Shown: piece after piece, positions 1 to 13,895 of the stretch | Layout: each line of letters begins with the position of its first letter | How positions within the stretch are numbered: the first letter of the stretch is position 1 | Source of the DNA: Azolla caroliniana | Lineage: Eukaryota > Plantae > Polypodiophyta | Direction: 5' to 3' | Assembly (NCBI GenBank): GCA_043228905.1 | Contig: JBHGNT010000010.1 | Coordinates: 8,246,001-8,310,000 of the forward strand | Length of the DNA stretch: 64,000 nucleotides | Program-made: the position numbers and the translations under genes | Notes under the pieces: model-generated | Database searches by the model: none | What the model was told of the DNA's origin: nothing | Seen by the model: only the letters and a program-made list of their open reading frames with translations

Positions 1-3000
1 CATCAGAATTAAATCAACCGATTCGTATCCAACTCGGTTAAGTCAAACGACAGTAGTCACTTCTGATAGAGTCAACCAATAGTCGCAACCGATTTGACTC
101 GTGTCCAAGTCCAACTAGGATGATATCGGGGGACCTAGTCGGCTGCATCCTACCATTGCTTGTAGTCGATTCTGGATAGAGACTAACAAGCCGACACAGA
201 TGGCATCAACATTCGGCTCATCAGGGATGAATCTAAGGAAGTTCGACGGATCAAACTTAAACTTCTGGAAAGAGCCAATGCAAGACTATCTAATAGCCAA
301 GGGTCAAATAGATCTGATCGAGTAAGAAAACCCTCCAGAAGGAATCAAGCCAAATGAATGGATGGAACTTGATAGAATTGTCTGAGCCACCATTCGAATG
401 CACTTGTCGGAGTTAGTGTACTTCACAGTGCAATTGTGTTCGACAACCTTTCAATTGTGGAAGACATTATCAGACACTTATGAGAACAAGGTCGCCGCCA
501 CAAAGACATATTTGATTCGGCACCTCTACAACCTGCGGATGATAGAATCTGACTCGGTCCAGGCACACCTGAACGAGCACGAAATTTTAAGCTCCTAGAT
601 TTCGGCTCAGGGGACGACAATCGAAAATGAACTAAGAGCAATGTTTCTCATCAGTAGTCTCCCCTCTTCGTGGGAAACTTTCGTCACAATCGTGTGCAAT
701 GCTTCTACTGCAATTGTGAAGTATTCCGAAGTTACAAGTGTAATACTGACTGAAGTAGCTCGGAGGAAATTGTTTGCAAAAGATTCGATAGATGAAGCTT
801 ATGTAGTACAAGGTTCGGCCGATCGACCAAACAATTGAGGAAGATGTTCTTCCGGACAACTGAACAATCAGCGAGGTTGGAGCAAGTACTGGGACAATTG
901 AATATGCAACTAATGCAAGAATCCCGGGCACATCAAAACGGATTGGCATGCACTCAAAGCTAAGAACGATAAAGCTCAACGAGTTGATCAGAAGAGTGGC
1001 CGGCATGAGGAGGTCAATTACGTCGGTGCTTTAGCCGAAGTATTGTCCAATGACCCAAACATACTATCCATTGGATACCTCGTCGAATCAGAAGTTCTGC
1101 CTATGACTAAGGAATCGAGCACATGGCTCTTGGATTCGGGTGCATCCTACCATGTGCTCCCTCACAGATCCCAATTTCGGGAATATTTGGTCTGACACTC
1201 TGACTCAATATGAGTTGGAAATTGGTAGCATTGCGCTATTATTGGAATCAGCACTATAGAACTCAATCTCCTAGGTGGTTCTACATTAGTACTACACAAT
1301 GTCTGACGTGTACCTGAGCTCTCAACACTTTTGATCTTAGTCGAACAATTGGACAAAGATGGCATCCATGATGGCTTCTCATTAGGAGGATGGACACTCC
1401 ACAAGGGGAACCTCCTACTTGCTCGAGGACCGAAAGTACATTCTCTGTACCTGTTTTATGTCACACTAAGAGAGGGTGACCTGTTCCTGGTTGATATTCA
1501 TGTGTCATCATTATGGCATGGAAGACTTAGACACCTCAGCAAGGTCGACATCACGCATTTATCTAGACCCAAATATATCCCCAAACTCTCCTTCTCATAT
1601 CACCTCCTACTAGATCAGTTTCATTGACAACTCAACTCAAAAGGTGTGGGGTTATTCGATTAAAACCAAAGATCCAATGTTCTCGATCTTTTCCGAATGG
1701 CTCGCTATGGTAGAGAACTAGTCTAGTCGAATGCTGAAATGCCTTCAGACCAACAATGGAGGAGAGTTCAAGTCTGAAGAATTCGTCAAATTTTGCCAAC
1801 AATGCGGCATTCGACGTGAATACACGACACCCTATAGTCCGGAGCAAAACGGAATTGACGAGCGCACGAATCAGAAAATTCAAGAACAGAATAGTTTCCA
1901 TGCTCCAACACTCCGGACTGTCGAATGGCTTCTAGGCAAAGGCCGTACTTACGTCAGTACACATTATTAACATGTCACTGAGTAGGCCTCTAGGACTTCA
2001 AGTACCTCCGGAATTATGGACCAACAAGACGCCAAATTACGACAAGCTGAGGATTTTCGAGTACGAGGCATACACCCTCATACCAAAAGAAAATTGCCAC
2101 AAATTAGAACAAGGTCCAGGAAATGCATTTTCCTTGGCTATTGGCTAGATGGCGAGTTCAAATACTGACTCTGGACCTTGAGCATAGACAAATCATTTGA
2201 AGTTCGGACGTACTATTCAATGAATTGGCTATGCACAAGATGGACGAAAGGCCTATTGAAGTCTGGCGGCAACTGTTTCTGAAGTGCCAACCCCTCATGA
2301 TGGCCCAACCCAAAACACAAGGTCAGCTTTATGGGTAGCCGAAACCTCTAACACCGATTCGGCTCCGACCGATTCGGCTTTGGATCATCTGACTCCGACA
2401 CCCGATGCAACTAATCTAGTCATACCTCAAGGATCCAAGCGACTATCGCAACCCCCGGAGGTACTCTCCTAGAATCTTCTTTACAGACACTTACGAACCG
2501 ACGTCATACGAAGAAGCATGAGCAGCAACCGATTCAGCCACATGGCATATGGCGATGGAGTCGGAAATGAACTCCATTCGGGCAAACAAGACTTCGGATT
2601 TGGTCGAACTACTGAAAAATCAACGTGCTCTTCCGTGCAAATGGGTCTACAGATTAAAAGAGACATCCAATTCGGCCACCTCAAAATTCAAGGCCATATT
2701 AGTTGCGAAAGGGTTTCAATAAGAATATGGTGTCAATTTCGATGAAATCTTTTCGCTAGTGGTGAAAATGACAACCCTTTGTTTTATGCTTGGCGTTGTG
2801 GCAACCGAGGATTTGGAGTTGATTCCGCTAGATGTAAAAACAACATTCCACCACAGTGACTTAGAGGAGGAAATTTATATGGAGCAACTGAAAGGCTTTG
2901 TGGTATTCGGCCAGAAACTAGTCTGCCGACTCAAGAAGAGTCTTTACGGCCTGAATCAGGCACCACGGCAGTGGTATAAGAAGTTTGACAACTTCATCCA

Positions 3001-4518
3001 ATCACTCAGCTTCTCAAAGGGCGATGAGGACCATTGTCTCTTCACCAAAAAGAGCTCGAGACGGGTCTCCCATCTTCCTCATCATCTACATGGACGACAT
3101 GCTACTCTCCGACTGGCATGCCGAAGAGCTTGCCGAACTTGTTCGGCAACTACGATTGAAGTTTGGCATGAATGATCTTGGTCTGGCAAGACATATTCTC
3201 AGGATGAAGACAAGTCGGAATCGGAATCGGAATCGACGAAAGTTGTTTCTGTGTCAATCCGACTATATTGGACTTTTCTTAGAACGTTTCTGCAATCGGC
3301 CAAATCAGGTTTGACCCCGCTCCCCATTAATCTTCGGCTGTCTCAGTGAGAATTGCCGACATCTAGTCTGGAGAGGGAAGTTATGAAGTTGGTACCGTAT
3401 GCACTAGTAGTCCCTCCTTGATGTACGCGATGGTCGCGACACGACTTGACATTGCACATGCTGTCAGAGTCGTCAGCCGATTTATGCACAATCCCGGTCG
3501 ATCGCATTGGAACGCGGTCAAGCATGTGTTCAGATATCTAGTGGGCACAAAAGACTATGGCATCCTATTTGGGCTGAATGATACCTCAGGTGTAGTCGGT
3601 TATACTGACTCAAACTTTGTCGGTTGACAATCGAAAATCGACAATCGGATAGTGTTTCAAATTCGGCAATGGAACGATTTCATGGAAATCAAAACTTCAG
3701 GAGGCATTGCCACATCAACAACCGAGGCCAAATACGTAGCCGCATCCGATGCAACGAAAGAGGCCTGATGGCTTGATTGGCTGGATTGCACGTTTCGACA
3801 AGCCGAATCCGGCTTGGCTCCAATATTCTACAACGACAGCTAGGGTGTTGTCGCTGAGTCGAAAAATCTAGTTTAGCACAACGCCTTGAAACACATTGAT
3901 GTGAGATATCACTTTGTTCAGGAGTGTGTCATTTCAGGGAAAATCAACCTTGAGAAGATACCTAGAACCGATAATGTCACAGATGGGATGACCAAGTGTC
4001 TTTTGGCAGATCGATTTCGATCTTTTGGCACCAGTTGGGCATAATGAAGAATCAATCTGATTGAGTAAGACACTAGGGATGGTTTCGAACAATCATCATC
4101 GACAATTCGAGGTTCGGTCTTAGTTCCTTCGACCCCGACCAATTCAGCCTTCTATTTTTCAGAGTTTACCAACTCAAACAGGAATCTGATTTGTTTGACG
4201 ACCTTGTACAAATCTGTATTTTCCATTTACTCTCTTTATTACAGATTTCCATTGTATACGCCCATTACGGGGGAATGTCAAATACTGGTCTATAATGGCC
4301 GTATTCACATTTGTAACTTCAACAACCTAGATTTAGGACAATGCTGTAAATATGTCAAAGGGTAGTTGCCCTAGCCTAGTTAGTATATAATGGGCTTTGT
4401 AACCTAGTTTGTTGTTGTTGTTCATCTTGGTTATTGCCGCCATTCATTTGTAACTTTGAGCTTGAATAATATAGTTACATATTGTGTGCCTCTCTCTCTC
4501 TCTCAGTAGGACGTGACA
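1..4518 (+). mobile_element. Degenerate Ty1/copia LTR retrotransposon; 5' LTR lies outside the window
   Basis: Broken gag (from ~200), protease (TGGCTCTTGGATTCGGGTGCA = WLLDSGA, ~1122), integrase (TNNGGEF...YSPEQNG), RT ([21 protein letters not shown]) and RNase H remnants in copia order with many stops and frameshifts. The window starts with CATCAGA, probably the tail of a tRNA-Met PBS. Purine tract GGGGGAA precedes the LTR. Confidence 0.93.
4276..4518 (+). repeat. 3' LTR of the first copia element
   Basis: TGTCA...TGACA inverted termini directly after the polypurine tract; TATA-like TATATAA at ~4384. Confidence 0.8.
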
Positions 4519-6413
4519 CCACTAGGAAAAGAGCTTTGGTCCTTCAGTTTAAGGGCTCAGAATCTAGAATTTCATTTTTTAAAAAGAGACCAATTCTAGG
4601 CTTGGGCTGGGACCCTATCTACCTCGATGAAGACCTAACCAAGATGCAAATTGAGCATCGTAAAACTTGTATGTGGTGAGTCATACAAGCTTGTAAAGAG
4701 GGACATCGTGCTTTTTACCGAGACGGACGTGTGATAATAAATGATCGTGCCACCAATTGACGGCATGTGGACCATGTGGTTGATAATAAAATTAGGATGA
4801 CTTTATGGAACTGAAACAGTGCACTTTGGACACACCCTGGCCGTCTAGAGGAGATTTTGAAGGTATTTGACATACTTTTTTTTAGTAGAAACACATCAGC
4901 GTCCAAATCGAGGATTGCCATGAGTTGACAGTTTTCATTGGGAATCTGTCTTTAGACAAACCTCACTTCGACACACTACTAGAGGGTCTAGAGGGGTTGC
5001 GATACTATTTCAGAGAGAGATACATAATAGGATAGAAATACTAAAGACCGACCTAGAAGCCCGATTTATGTGGGTGAAAGTCCTCACTAGCAAGGATTAG
5101 GAGATATTTATCGCCGTTTGTTACTTCCCCCTGAAAGGATCCTAGTATAATATGGCTGGAGAGGTGAGTATAGTTGATTAAGGAACGCCGCATGGGTCTT
5201 CTCCATACGAACCTTTATCGGATGACATAATCCAATATTCTTCTCAAGAGGAAGTCTTCCTTGCAGGAGATTTCAATGTGAGAACCCAATCCCGACAATG
5301 CACAATATTTCAAATGGATAGAAACCTAGAAATGGTGAGTGTCGACCCTTTAGACTTAGACATAACACGTACACCAAAGGATCAAGGTGCGGACACCACA
5401 AGCTTTGGCCATCATCTGCTTGAACTTGGAAGCCGACACCAGATGGTCATATATAATGGCTTAGCCAAGTGGCCGGGCTCAGAAGAGCTCACATGTTTCC
5501 CACATGGAGGAGGGGAAAGCACACTTGATTACCTAATAGGACGCCCTGAAGCTACCCACATGGTTAACTCGTTCTGGGTGGCCCCATGCCCCATTGGTGC
5601 AGATCATGGCTTCCTATAATCTGAGCTAAAATGCAACACCTCCCATGCCACCAACTCTAGTCAACAAAACCATCACACCATAATACATTTCACGCATGAC
5701 GTTGTTGACATCTACTCCCGACATGTTCAAGCCCATCTCTCCTCTTTTGATTCGTCCTTCCATTTAGAGAACCTCACTACAAAACTCGCACACATCCTTC
5801 ACTCAACAACAATTAGTGGCTTCCCATACACGAAACACTCCAATCATAGTAGAATAGGGTCTATGCCACAAAACAAGTGGTATGATGAGGATTGTAGAGA
5901 GTTGTATAGACAACTTAAACTGTCGCGACTTAGTGGTACTATTTCCTCCATATAGGCTCGCAAAGAGATGTGCAACTTGATGATACGTCGTAAAAGAGGA
6001 GCTTGGGAAGCATCTCAATATTGGGAACTCTACCATATGCTCATGTGTAGGGATTGTGCCCTTGAATGGAAGAGACTATAGGAACCGCGACCATAAACAC
6101 CCATTGAGGATCCCAATATTTGGTACACATATATCGAGAGACTCTACCATGTCCCGAACCAACCACCCATTCCAATGCCTTCCACACCTCGACCTACCAT
6201 GGGGACACTTTTCACGACCTCTAGGGTCACGAAGGTCATAAAAAAATTACAACATAGAAAATCCATGGACCACACAGGATTGCGAGCCGATCACATCATA
6301 TATGCTCGAGATTTCATAGCCCCCTTTCTCACTCTAATCTTCAACCGCGCCCTCGCCGAGTGTTTTCCACCACAATGGACCATGAACACAATGGCCCCTA
6401 TACATAAAGGAGG

Positions 6414-9400
6414 TGTTGAGAGACAAGCTCAACATCGGCCGGATCGACTGAAGAAGCCGAGGACCGGATCGGTTGGTACCGATCGGTTAGGCCGAGTGCG
6501 TAAACCGGGAGGTCGTTAGGAAAGATATTCCGTGAGGAATATATTTGGGAGTTAGTGTAGGAGCTCTTAATGAGCATTGAAGTACTGTCAGTACTTCGGT
6601 TAGTCCTTCTAGGACTTGTATAAAAGTGTTCATTGAACACACATATGTATAGAGTGGTGAATAGAGATTGTGTACTTTTGGTATATAATTTTTGTGTGTC
6701 TTCTCTCTCACTCTCTCTGTCTCTCCCGCGTATACTATGTAAGCTCAAGCTCTCCATTAAACCTGAGTTTCCTTCCTTCTGTTCGGTCTTCATACTTGCT
6801 TCCCCACGCTACTTTCTACATGGTATCAGAGTGCGAGGGTTGAGAACCTCTCTGCAGCCGACACAGCTTGACGAAGAAGAACGAGAAGAACGATGGATAG
6901 AGGCATGGCGAGCTCCCTTCCAACAGAGAAGCTCGACAGAACCAACTACGCGTCTTGGTCCTACAAGATGCACCAGTACCTGCTCGGGCACGGCTACTGG
7001 AGTTATGTCGAAGGAGCTAATGAAGCGGCACCCGAATCGACACACAGAGACTTCCCGTCGTGGGAGCAATCGGCGAGCAGGGTATTATACTGCTTCGCGT
7101 CGTGTGTGGGCGAACAGCTATTGAGCTATGTTCGGGATGCAAAGACGCCAAAGGGTGCATGGGAAAATCTGAAGAAGATTCTCGCCGCGAGCACCACAGC
7201 CAGGAAGCTTCAGCTCCGACAGGAGTTGAGCAACCTACGACAACGCGACTTGTCGGTGGCGGACTATACCTCGAAGATCAAGGATATCTGCGACTCCCTC
7301 GCCTCCATAGAGGTGAACATCGAGGAGAGCGAGATGGTCCAGATCTTTCTCAGAGGTTTGGCATCGAAGTTCGGAGCGTTCCGAACGGCTATGTGTACCC
7401 GGGAGAATACGCCGTCCTTTTTCGACTTACAGTCAATGCTCCTGGTAGAGGAGAACCACATAGGTGCGCCTACAAGCACGCACGCCGACAGTAGAATGTT
7501 GTACACGGAGGGAGATAGGCCCCGTGGACGTGGAGGACGAGGCGAGTCGGCACACAATGGAGGCGGCCGACGAGATCAAGGAAGAAGGCACCGAAGTGAT
7601 GCCGACAGCAACTCCGGACCCTCCGGAAACAGGGGGAGTCGAAGCGATGAGAACCGGCAAGGGAAAGCCATCACGGAGTGCTGGTACTGTGGCAAGAAAG
7701 GCCATAGGGAAAGTGAGTGCTGGAAGAAGCGCGCCGATTCAGAGAGAACCGGTTCCGGAAACGGCTCCGGACATACCGACAAGGGTAATCGGCAGCGATC
7801 GCACTACGCACAAAAGACTCCGGGAGAGCCGGAGAAGGGTCTGCCTTCGTGACGAGACACGAAGCAAACTCAATGAAACAGAGCACCCCGAGATCGGACG
7901 AGGTGTGGTACGTAAACTCCGGCGCGTCAAACCACATGACGAGCCATAAGGAGTGGTTCTCGTACCTTGAAAAACCGGTACAACCTAGAGTAGTCGCAAC
8001 TGGAGACGACACTCCGCATCTGATCGCGAATGTCAGAGAAGTTCCCCTTAACCATGTTGGGCAGAAAGGGAAACTCATGAACGTGTTGCACATTCCGACA
8101 ATCACGAAGAACTTGGTCTCGGTCGGACAGATCGTCGACCAAGGGATGGAGGTTCGGTTTACACACCTCGGGTGCTTCATTGAGGAAGAAGGCCATGTGA
8201 TTGCGCAAGGGCGCAGAGACGGGAGGATGTTCATCCTCGACTCCACTGATGGCGGCACCGCAATGTTCGCGAAGGGACAAAAATCCGAGTCGGAAATCGA
8301 CTTGTGGCACAAGCGGATAGGCCACGTCAACTACCAGCGGCTTCAAGATCTGCAATCGAAACAGGTAGTGTTCGGATTGCCCAAATTTAGTGGCCGAAAG
8401 GCACAAATTTGTGAAGCCTGCCAGCTCGGGAAGCAACACCGACTTCCTTTCCCAAACGAGCGAAACCGGAGCCGAAACAAACTCGACCTTATACACTCCG
8501 ATGTATGGGGGCCGGCACAAAACGTTAGTCTTGGCGGGAGCCGATATTTCGTCTCCTTCATCGACGACCACACGCGGCACACGTGGATCTACCTCATTGA
8601 GAGGAAGAGCGAAGTCTTCGACTGTTTCCGGGACCTCAAAGGGTTCGTGGAAACGGAAACGGGACGAAAGATCAAGTGCCTGCAGTCGGATGGCAGGAAA
8701 GAGTACTTTTCCGGTCAATTCAACTGTTACCTACAACAAATGGGAATTCGGCGCGAATTCAGTTGTAGATACACGTTGAAGCAGAATGGCGTGGCCGAAA
8801 GGAAGAATCGGTCAGTTGTGGAAGCGGCACGGGCAATGTTGGAGGAGAAGAGCTTGCCCAAGTTCTACTAGGCCGAGGCGGTAAGGACCGCGGTATACAT
8901 CCAGAACCGGATCGGAGACAAAGTGTCGGCGCACGACCTATATTTCGGAACGAAGCGGAACTTGCGACACTTGAGGGTGTTCGGTAGCATTGCATATGTG
9001 CATGTACCGAAGGAGAAAAGAAGGAAGTTGGACGCAAAGGCCGAGAAATGCATCTTGGTCGGTTACTCGGACGAGCAGAAGGGTTATAAGTGCTATAACC
9101 CTCACACCAAACAAGTGCATGTTAGCCGCGAGGTTGTGGTTGACGAGTCCGCGTCCTGGTACCAGCCCCCGACTTCGAACCCCGACTCCAATCCGTGCTC
9201 TGACGATGAGGTCAGAGAGGCCGAGATGCCTCTAGATGAGCCCGAAATCGAGACCCGCAAAGAGAGTCTGATTTCACTCTGTTTAAGTGGACCGAGTGGA
9301 CCGATTGGACGACTGAGTCGGTACAACCGGTTCGATGAAGAGCCGGCGAGTAGTGGAGACTCGGCCGTGCATTCCCCGCACAGGAAGCCGAGGAGACGGC

Positions 9401-11308
9401 TTACGTGCAAAGAGAAAGGGAAGAAGAAGGTGTCGGATTCCGGCACGGATAAGAACGAGTCAGACCGACGCGAGTCCGACTCCGAGGGAACCGGTGACGG
9501 GTCTTTAAAAGTGAAGTCCGCGTCGACCGAGAAGGCCTCGACATCGGCTAATGCGAGATTACGCCGATCTACCCGCCAGAAGAATCCTGTTTATCGGTTC
9601 GGATACAACGAGTACATGGCGCATCATTACGCGTACATGACCCGTGTAGCGGAAGTGCGTGAGCCGGAGAGCTACGCAGAAGCGGCTAAAGACGCGAATT
9701 GGCGTGCCGCAATGCAGGAAGAGATGCATGCATTGGCGGAGAACGAGACCTAGGACCTGGTTGACGCACCAAGAGGGGTAAAACCGATCGGGTGTAGGTG
9801 GGTGTACAAAGTCAAGTACAACACCGATGGCTCGGTCAACCGGTACAAGGCTTGGCTAGTGGCAAAGGGCTACGCGCAGAAACACGGCATCGACTACGAT
9901 GAGACATTTGCGCCGATCGCGAAAATGACAACCGTCCGTGTTTTGCTCGTAGTAGCCGCGGCCAAGAGGTGGCACCTACATCAAATGGATGTAAAGAATG
10001 CGTTCCTGCAAGGTGACCTTGAGGAACAGGTGTACATGGTACAGCCCCCCGGATTTCACTCCGGAACGAACTCCTCAGCAGTATGCCGACTGAAGAAGTC
10101 CCTTTACGGACTGAAGCAAGCCCCGCGTGCCTGGAACGCGAAGATCACGCAACAATTGCGTCGAATGGGCTTCGTCACGTCAAAATCGGACTCTTCCCTG
10201 TTCATCCGGAAAGGTTGACTCGGACCGGTTAGTATTTTACTATATGTTGATGACTTGGTCATCACCGGCGCCGACCTAGGAGAAATCGACCGTGTGAAGC
10301 TCCAGCTTGCGGCATCGTTCGACATGAAGGATCTGGGGGACCTTCATTACTTCCTCGGGATCGAAGTGATCCGTACCCCCGAAGGCATATTGATCTGCCA
10401 ACGTCATTACGTGTTGGGTATACTTAGGATGGCTGATTGTAAGTCCGTCTCGACTCCTCTGGACAGAACCGTCAAGCTTCGTCCCGATATGGGAAAGGTA
10501 TGCGACCCGACGAGGTTCCGACAAATTGTCGGAAGCCTCATATACTTGACCATCACCCGACCCGACCTCAGTTATCCGGTTGGGGTGATCAGTCAGTTCA
10601 TGGCGCGACCTATCGAGGAGCACCTTCAGTGTGCGCAACGCGTACTGCGGTACGTAAGCGGCACTAAGGACCGCGGACTGCTATATCGGACCGGTGCAGC
10701 CGAGTAGTTAGTCGGCTACACCGATGCTGATTGGGCTGGCAATGCCGCCGATCGCCAATCCACGTCTGGATATGCGTTCTCCCTCAGGAGTGTCGCGATT
10801 GCGTGGAGCAGTAAGAAGCAGCCGACAATTGCACTGTCGCGCACCGAAGCGCCTGAAGATCTCGAAGATCCCGAAGAGCCTCAAGTTGAGCTTGAGGGGG
10901 AGTGTCGAGAGACAGGCTCAACATCGTCGGATCGTCTGAAGAAGCCGAGGACCGGATCGGTTGGTACCAATCGGTTAGGCCGAGTGCGTAAACCGGGAGG
11001 TCATTAGGAAAGATATTCCGTGAGGAATATATTTGGGAGTTAGTGTAGGAGCTCTTAATGATCATTGAAGTACTGTCAGTACTTCGGTCTATCCTTCTAG
11101 GACTTGTATAAATGTGTTCATTGAACACACATATGTATAGAGTGGTGAATAGAGATTGTGTACTTTTGGTATATAACTTTTGTGTGTCTTCTCTCTCACT
11201 CTCTCTGTCTCTCCCGCGTATACTGTGTAAGCTCAAGCTCTCCATTAAACCTGAGTTTCCTTCCTTCTGTTCGGTCTTCATACTTGCTTCCGCACGCTAC
11301 TTTCTACA
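6414..11308 (+). mobile_element. Ty1/copia LTR retrotransposon with complete boundaries; pseudogenised, RNase H largely deleted
   Basis: LTRs 6414-6820 and 10903-11308 (TG...CA, roughly 15 differences); TSD GGAGG (6409-6413 / 11309-11313); PBS TGGTATCAGAG 6821-6831 (tRNA-iMet); PPT TGAGGGGGAG 10893-10902. Confidence 0.97.
6893..10860 (+). pseudogene. gag-PR-IN-RT polyprotein pseudogene of the copia element
   Basis: Gag with CCHC knuckle (CWYCGKKGHRESEC); protease WYVNSGAS; GAG-pre-integrase WHKRIGH; integrase IHSDVWGP...QNGVAERKN; [17 protein letters not shown]. Frameshift at ~7810, stops at 8869, 9751, 10216 and 10705; sequence breaks after RNase H motif IALSRTEA. Confidence 0.93.
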
Positions 11309-13583
11309 GGAGGAAACCCAATGGACCCAAATACATATAGGGCCATTATGATAGGTCATACACTCGCTAAAGTATATGGTGCAGTAATGGAAGCGGAGCT
11401 CAGCGATTATATGGAAACATTAAGTCTTCGAGCACCTGAGAGGCTGGCTTTAGACGAGCCTTCTCCACTATTGACCATATCTTCACACTTAGGAGCTTAA
11501 TTGACCAGACGAAGGCTTGTAAGAAGAAACTATATTGTTGCTTTGTGGACTTCCACAAAGACTTTGACACAATTCCTAGGGAGAGGTTGTTTGATAGAAT
11601 TAAGAGTTGGAGATACCAAATGACATGATTTGGGCCATTTATGCCCTATATGAGCAAGTTTCTAGGTGCGTACGATGCCTAGGTGGCCTATCCAATTGTT
11701 TCACTAGCACCATTGGTGTAAAACAGGGTTGCCCCCTATCACCGACTCTTTTTGGGATCTACATTGATGAGATCACTGATTTTATTGCTCGTAAGGGAGG
11801 CAAGGGAGTAGCTATTGGGGATACGCAAGTTAGTCTCTTACTCTATGCAGACGACATTGTCTTGCTCTCGGAGTCAGAACACGATCGACAAAAGCATCTT
11901 AATGCCCTAGATGACTTTTGTACACAACGAGGACTGGTAGTGAATTGTGCGAAAACTAAAGTCCTTATCTTTCATACATCATCCCGAGTTAGGAGTAAAT
12001 GTCACCTAATCCTCTCTGATAAACTAGTTCAGGTAGTTGGATCATATGTATACTTGGGAGTCACTTTTAGTGCTCACTCAGGTAAATTCTCGATGACCTA
12101 GACAACCAAAGATAGGCTAACGAGAGGGTATGCATCCCTCTCACTCATAGAGAGACAATGTCACCAAGCATACTTTCAAGAGCCACGGACTAAGGGATGG
12201 CTCTTCGACTCATTAGTGACCCCTCCCCTCATGTATGCATCAATAGTATGGGCTCCAGCTCTATCATCTTTCATGTGGATGCAATTAGAGAGACCTTTGG
12301 TGACGATGTTATCACGTCAACTTCGAAGCAAATTGACAGTACCACATGACATTATTAGAGCAGAGTTCAAACTGCCCCCGATGTTAGTAGAAGCGCTTTT
12401 TCAACTAGTAGTTTTTATTCATCACATACATAACCAGCCACAAGATGGGATATCCCGTCGAGCCTTTGAGGCATCCCGATACCTACGTGCGTCTGGAGAC
12501 ACTAGCTCTTGGTATAGCACATTGGTGAGTTGGTTACTTGCAAACGGCATAAACATTAATAACCTACTTCCCCTTAAGTACAACCATGGGACTGATCAAA
12601 CTCTAATATCTCATGAAGACCGTAATAAAGTGATACGCCAAGAAATATCGCAAATTTACACTCGATATAAATGGATCACCCCACGAGAGCCACTCCCATC
12701 TAAGATGTTGTACTATAAGGAACATTCCTTGAACTTCTCTAGGTTAGGTTTTATTACACGACCAAGATATCTAGATACATTCTTATCAAATGCACTAAGG
12801 GTAGCCATTGGACAACTTAGGATATCATCTCACCAACTTGAGATTGAAAATGGTCGGGCTAATAGAGTCCCTAGAGAGGAAAGACTATGTAGGTTATGCC
12901 ACACAAAGATAGAGGATGAGTATCACTTCACATGCAAGTGCCCAACTGATGCCGAGATACAGGCGGAATACCAAGACATATTAGGACCGTCTCCCACCCT
13001 CTCCAAACTATTAGATACCCCTGATGTAAATAGACTAGGTAGGTATATCTTAGAGGTAAAACAACATAGGGAGAATAAATTACAAAGTGTTAACCATAAC
13101 CCTTCTACTATTCATCAACATGTAACTAGTGTAATTTTTCAGGAACAAGGGGAGACGATGAATGTGGATACACTTATGCTGCTTGGCCTCTCTCTTGCGG
13201 AAGCCAAAATGCAAAGAACAACCAAACACCCTCGGATGTTGGGCTTCAAAATAAGTTGACATGGAGTAGAAAGGATTAAGAAGATAAGGGAACGTGAGCT
13301 ACGTCGACTAGAAGCTATGGTTGGGGTACCTTTTACATTGGGACCACGGGACACATCCACATCGAAACCCTTTGACCTCCCGCTTCTCTTCGAGAGACTT
13401 GGATGGAAATGAAATTAGGGCTATTATAACATCATTTTCATTGTAGAACATGTTTGTTATTTTACTAGAACTATTTATCTTATTTTTATTTTTACCTATT
13501 ACTTTCGATGAATGGGTAAATATCCCATTTTTTGTTGTAAACCATTTGTCTCATGGGCCAATTTTGGCCTTAGAAGACATTAA

Positions 13584-13585
<2 letters not shown>

Positions 13586-13642
<57 letters not shown>
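13586..13642. repeat. (TC)n microsatellite forming the LINE 3' tail
   Basis: About 28 perfect TC units directly after the LINE 3' stem-loop. Confidence 0.95.
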
Positions 13643-13646
<4 letters not shown>

Positions 13647-13895
13647 GTTCACTTTGGCCTTCGTTTTCCACGTTCTTTAGCTCATTGGAAAGCTCTTCTA
13701 GAGAGCTTTCTAAAGAATGTTCATTTACTGAATTTCGTTACCATGGCGAGAAGTTATGAGCATTTACATCTGCAACCATCTTTGCCCCACATTTCATCAA
13801 AAGCAAGGCAGATTTTGAAGCCCTAAATCGAGTGAAAGGTACATTCTCTCTCCCTCCCTCTCTGTCTCTCTCTTCTCGTAGGGTTTGTCCCTACA

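Larger units (their letters stand above)
4519..13642 (+). mobile_element. Decayed LINE, family L-A (APE endonuclease type, possibly RTE-X-like), split by a copia insertion at 6414-11308
   Basis: ORF1 C-terminus (IYLDEDLTKMQ, 4519-4750); endonuclease motifs AGDFN, STLDY, GADH (5260-5619); RT motifs GVKQGCPLSP and LLYADD (11607-12101); C-terminal LRISSHQLEIENGR...CRLC...EDEYHFTCKC (12216-13259); 3' end with (TC)n tail. The reading PIHKGG|GNP resumes across the copia TSD. Confidence 0.9.

Noticed and set aside
7800-7852. gag/pol frame break in the 6414 copia as a programmed frameshift
   Set aside because: No slippery heptamer or structure seen; plant copia elements normally have one ORF and this copy has several other disabling mutations.
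13687-13710. Palindrome GAAAGCTCT-TCTAG-AGAGCTTTC as a terminator or Helitron end
   Set aside because: Single occurrence with no supporting element boundary; it may be part of the LINE 5' UTR.
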